Assembly: GCA_008632985.1 (NCBI GenBank)
Contig: QPGO01000114.1
Location: 62,001-126,000 of the forward strand
Direction: 5' to 3'
Origin: Psammoneis japonica
Lineage: Eukaryota
Length of the DNA stretch: 64,000 nt
In this document: in pieces, positions 59,668 to 64,000 of the stretch
Position numbering within the stretch: the first letter of the stretch is position 1
Layout of the letters: each line of letters starts with the position of its first letter
The notes under the pieces: model-generated
Databases searched by the model: none
What the model was told of the DNA's origin: nothing
Seen by the model: only the letters and a program-made list of their open reading frames with translations
Position numbers and translations under genes: made by a program

Positions 59668-61679
59668 ACAGTTGATGCGGGTCGCAGCCGATTCTGCAAT
59701 TACATCAGCAATCTGATTCACATTCGAGAAGGACTTAAAAACATCGCATGCGACACACTAAAGCAATGCACTGCCAAGGCTTCACGACAAGCTCGTACAC
59801 TCTAACTCATGACAAACAGAAGTGAGCTCGAGCTGGAAACTCCTTAGATCCATGGATGTAATTGGCCCAGAAAGCTCGGGATTATAGACAACAGCGGATC
59901 GACTGGCTCAATCGTGTGCGCTTGTGACCATTTTCCCTAAGAAGAGGCCAATGATGATTGCAATGGACACTTTCAAAAATACATTGATTCGGAGAGAGAA
60001 CTCGAACCAATCCACTACGGACTCCTCAAGATCGGAAATTCAAGCCCGTTCACAGAAAGGATGCCTGCCTAAGTTTGCAGGCCAAGTCGGCAGCTGCACA
60101 TTCCGTGCTCGCACTTGTTTTCATCTTGCTGAATAGTTTCATCCTTCAGTCCTCCTTCACGAGAGTCTAACCCTTCGAGAAGATTTGCACTAACAAACAA
60201 GAACAAGCATTCGATTAGGTTCAACATTTCACAGAAATCTCGGACGTCATTGCAAATGGCAACAATTTCGAGAAGAGTGGTTGCGCCCGCTCCAACAAAG
60301 ATTTCCGCTATATCCAACACAGTGGCAGTGGTTCCCTTAGTGGCAAAAGCTGTTTTACTGGCGCATCCAGGTGTCCATCGTCTCCACGAAACTGAGCCTT
60401 AGTAGAAAACTCCAGCGTTGGAATTTGGAATCCATGGATCGACGACATTGTTGAATCCTTTTGAGATTCGAGCACTGCACCAGCTTCAGAGCTAATCTCG
60501 TCACCCGTTGTGCCGACGCCACAGGTCGATAGCAAGCCAGGAGGAATCGATGAAGGTGGCTTTTAGATTCTCCGCAGATGTTACATGGTAGTTACTGAGC
60601 ATCTGATAGTCGTGTGATGCAGTGACATTTTCAAAATATCCTGCGGAGGTTTGTCATGCGCAAGCCACCACTGTGATTTGGAGGCTTGACGTTTTGTAGC
60701 AAATTCCTTGTTCGCACGTACCCGCCCCTCTATCAGCAGCCTCTGGGGTTCCTCTTGCGCGGCTATTCACACTGACAAGAGAGACAAAGAAGTCAATAGA
60801 GAGATCTTTTATTAGAGCTTGCGTCTGTCAGGAAACACAGGCGGAGGTGAACCAGAGGGGCAAGCAACAACAAATACCTCGACTGGTTGGCCAACAAAAT
60901 GAGCAGATACTGGAGAAAACCTCGGTTCAGTTGACAATGCTCCTTGCATTTGAAGCCCTCTCGCCTGTTGGAGTTCGACCTCGTCCACCTCAACTAGCTC
61001 GATCGCGAAATCTATCAGATCGACAAGTTGTCGCATGGCACCACGGAGTGAGAAACAAGCATTGGCATCTACTCTACTTACTAACTCGCCGTTGTCCTTC
61101 CCGTGCCACAGAGAGGGACATAACAAATGTTGTCATCGCGAGGGACGTCCTCAACATGTGAGTAGACGCCATGGTGTTGAAGATTCTGCCAAGACTAGGT
61201 GCCACCGAGGCAATAGGATCTACAACACTTTGACCCATTGCACTGCTTGTCACACGATGACTTCTCTCCTTGGCATCACATACAGTAACCGGGACCCACG
61301 ACATTGGATGAGAACGGTGCGCCAATGTCAAGACCTTTCCGAGCAACCATTTTTTCGACAACCAAGCACGCACTGCCTATCACGGGTAACTTTGGGCTCT
61401 CATCAATCATCAAAGCGCGCGTGAGCTCAAAAGTCCATTGTCGAATCCGTACGTCAGATCGTAATCGACTCCTTTTATCAAACACAACGACAAAGTCTCG
61501 CTCACGCTCCCTTCATTCAAACTCCCGTAAACGATTCACTTCATAGATTACGCGCACCACATTCCTTACACGCACGTCCTTGTCGAAACGAGCGATTCCA
61601 ACTCTTGCTCGTATCCCTCGTTGCATTGTTGGATACTTCGAATGAGTTTGGCTTGCATGGCCAAGGAATCCTTGGGTGA

Positions 61680-62205
61680 TTATGTGTTGAGAATGTACGA
61701 GTCGCAATCTTGCCCAAACGTTACAAAGCCCACAACAGCAATGGAAAAGTACACGACGGCAGTCAAACCGAACGAGTAGAAAACGACTTGGCCAAATCGA
61801 GGAAGGCTGGCGTCCTTGAGTTCGGCGTAAAAGCGTGGACTATTGTAGTGCGTGTCAAAACTTGTGTGCCATGCAAACAAAGGGTAAGACACTAGTCGAA
61901 TACCAAGGCGATGTTCTTTTCCCAAAGGGATCTCGTGAAATGCTGCTCTCGGCATCGTATTGACCACCCGATTGATAGGAACCGTCCATGTATCGCACAA
62001 GCATGGCACCCACGGCACAAAGGACCGCCGCCGTGCCCATGGCGTAAAAGGGTGCCAGTGCATTTAAATTTTTAAAGAGGCACAGGGGTAAAACGCCAAT
62101 TCACGTGACGACAAGGAGGCACACCACGACGGACCAACAGACATTGATTCCTTCCAGCAAGAGCTGCAAGGATTGAGACAAGATGGATGCGTTGGCAAAG
62201 CAACC
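61680..62205 (-). pseudogene. Amino acid transporter (Aa_trans/AAAP) fragment
   Basis: THYNSPRFYAELKDASLPRF..VV..SFG.....Y......GF.TFG......ILN; upstream PLCLFKNL motif in another frame. Confidence 0.72.
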
Positions 62206-63009
62206 TGATGCAAATTAGGGAAAGGAGTAGTTAGCTAGAAAAGTTTGTCAAGAGTCGTTTCAACAAGAATACGTACATCATACTCTTGTCTACAATGATC
62301 CTAAGCACATTTCGCTTCCAGGACTAGAGCACCTACGTAGCAACGGATCAAGAGTACTGGCTATTCCCACAGTCAATCGTCCTTTATGCCCAACCGTTCG
62401 TTCCTCGTTCCCAACACTCACGGTATAGTTAGCCTAAATTAGATGAAATTCCAATTCTGTAGAGGAATGAAAAATTGCATGAGTATTGACGGCAGCAAGT
62501 GATTTTTTGTATGACCTGTATCCACCAATTTGTATAACTCACAGTAAACAAAAATACCCAAAAATGGCTCCCAGCACGACAGTCCACCCTACATCGTTGA
62601 ACACACATGGTGGGAACACAACATGACAACAAACGCTGACGCTGATGCCGTTGGCTGGTTCAATAACTGGGAATAAAATAGCATTAGTGTCGGTCGACAG
62701 GGTTGGCCTTTTCCGCTATCTCGGTCCCTTGTTTCCCCCGTTCAGCGGTCGCCCCACCATTTTCACTTCAGCTTTTTCTCAAAGGGAATGCGTCTGCCCT
62801 CCATCAGTCTTCAGTTTTAATAAGGTGGACCAGGTCGGAGGGAGAATTTCTGATTTCGAAATTTGTATATTTTATTGTATGTCCCCGTATATCGTATATC
62901 CTGAAAGACCTCGTCAGTACTGGGCCAACTCGTACGCTTCTACTGAACTGAAATCAAAATGAAATGGTAAAAAACGTACGAAGAGCTACACAGTCGAATT
63001 GCTGTACCT

Positions 63010-63230
63010 TCAGTAGCTAGCTAGAGTGCGAGCCTCTCTCTTAGAGGGCCCTACCGGTACTCTAGAGTCTAAGTAGCTAGCTCTAGCTACTAGAGAGAGA
63101 GAGAGAGAGAGAGAGTAGGGGTCTAGTGGGGGTCTAGTAGAGCTAGCCTCTCTCTCTCTAGAGTAGAGGGTAGAGGGCCCTCTCATCTCTACTCTAGCTA
63201 GAGTAGCGCAGAGAGCTTAGATTGGCTAGA
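63010..63230. repeat. CTAG/TAG/(GA)n-rich low-complexity tract
   Basis: tagctagctagag, ctctagag, (ga)n. Similar tracts at ~3360-3490, 3680-3790, 13130-13270 and 41530-41610. Confidence 0.8.
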
Positions 63231-64000
63231 CAAATCTCGCGCAGACAGCACCTTCAACTTTTCAGCATCCACCATGAAACCAGTCACCAGTCCAAAGTCC
63301 AAACATCTCTTGAGAGGAGAGAGGAGTTGAGGAGCTGGAGATAGTGAAGCGAATAAGAGGTCGCCAGTGGGTTAAATTTGATTTACGACGCCTTGCTCCA
63401 ATCCTTTTATCCACACCGACACCAAAGAACACGAAGCAGCCTTTCAGCAGCAAATGCCCGGGGAGATGACGACTCGTTCCGTGTTGCCTCACATCTGCAT
63501 TCAAATGTTTTGTCTTTTCTGCACATCTTGTTTTGGTGAGCCACAAAATTTGAAGTTGTGCTGAACAATTGCTTTTCTCCCAGTGACCATCCAAATGCGC
63601 AATTTCCATGTCGCAACCAACCCCCTGAGGTTGATTGGAAGACCCATTTCCAATCATTTCGGAGACTTGTCCAGCTGCGGGCATCTGGGAGAACCAGGTT
63701 AAGCTCCATGCGCTTTATAGTCCTCAGGCACAAGAACTAAAGCTTTATAATGACAAGCTCGGCACCAACAGAGCCATCTTTATAGTGTGGTTGCAATGCA
63801 GCATTTCACAACATGCTCGGTTATGAACATCAAGCTTCGTCGCACCGACCGCCTTCACTGCTCTAGAGAGTATTGGTGCAGAAAAGCCGAGATCCGTATT
63901 TTTCCAACTTATAACTGAGGAGCTTATTGCGAACAAAACTCTAGAGCATTTCGTAAAACTCAACAAAAGTCACCATGACACGATTGTCAATGTTGGACGG

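Noticed and set aside
59700..61600. Short ORFs as genes
   Set aside because: Probably more decayed fragments, but I recognised no motif, so they are left unannotated.

Overview
Eukaryotic, intron-containing DNA. The gene families (class C GPCR with a solute-binding ectodomain, DUF6824, single-TM LRR proteins, an ASAFAP-like presequence, a CoDi-like Copia) point to a pennate diatom; this is inference. About eight apparently intact genes are interspersed with many decayed gene fragments and one full-length Ty1/Copia LTR retrotransposon (26813-32548). The main signal is sharply bounded domains (~24.9-26.9 kb, ~29.5-36.0 kb, ~44.5-59.3 kb, plus short patches near 41.6 and 63.3 kb) in which almost every TpA has become TpG or CpA. 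Conserved Tyr codons read as Cys/His (RT YVDD reads CVDD; no Tyr in a 759-aa Pol ORF versus 15 in Gag), and 6 of 8 substitutions between the two LTRs are TA>TG/CA. This looks like a RIP-like, regionally targeted A:T>G:C hypermutation system running opposite to fungal RIP and silencing transposons and duplicated gene fragments. All counts are by eye, and family calls come from motif recognition, not database searches.
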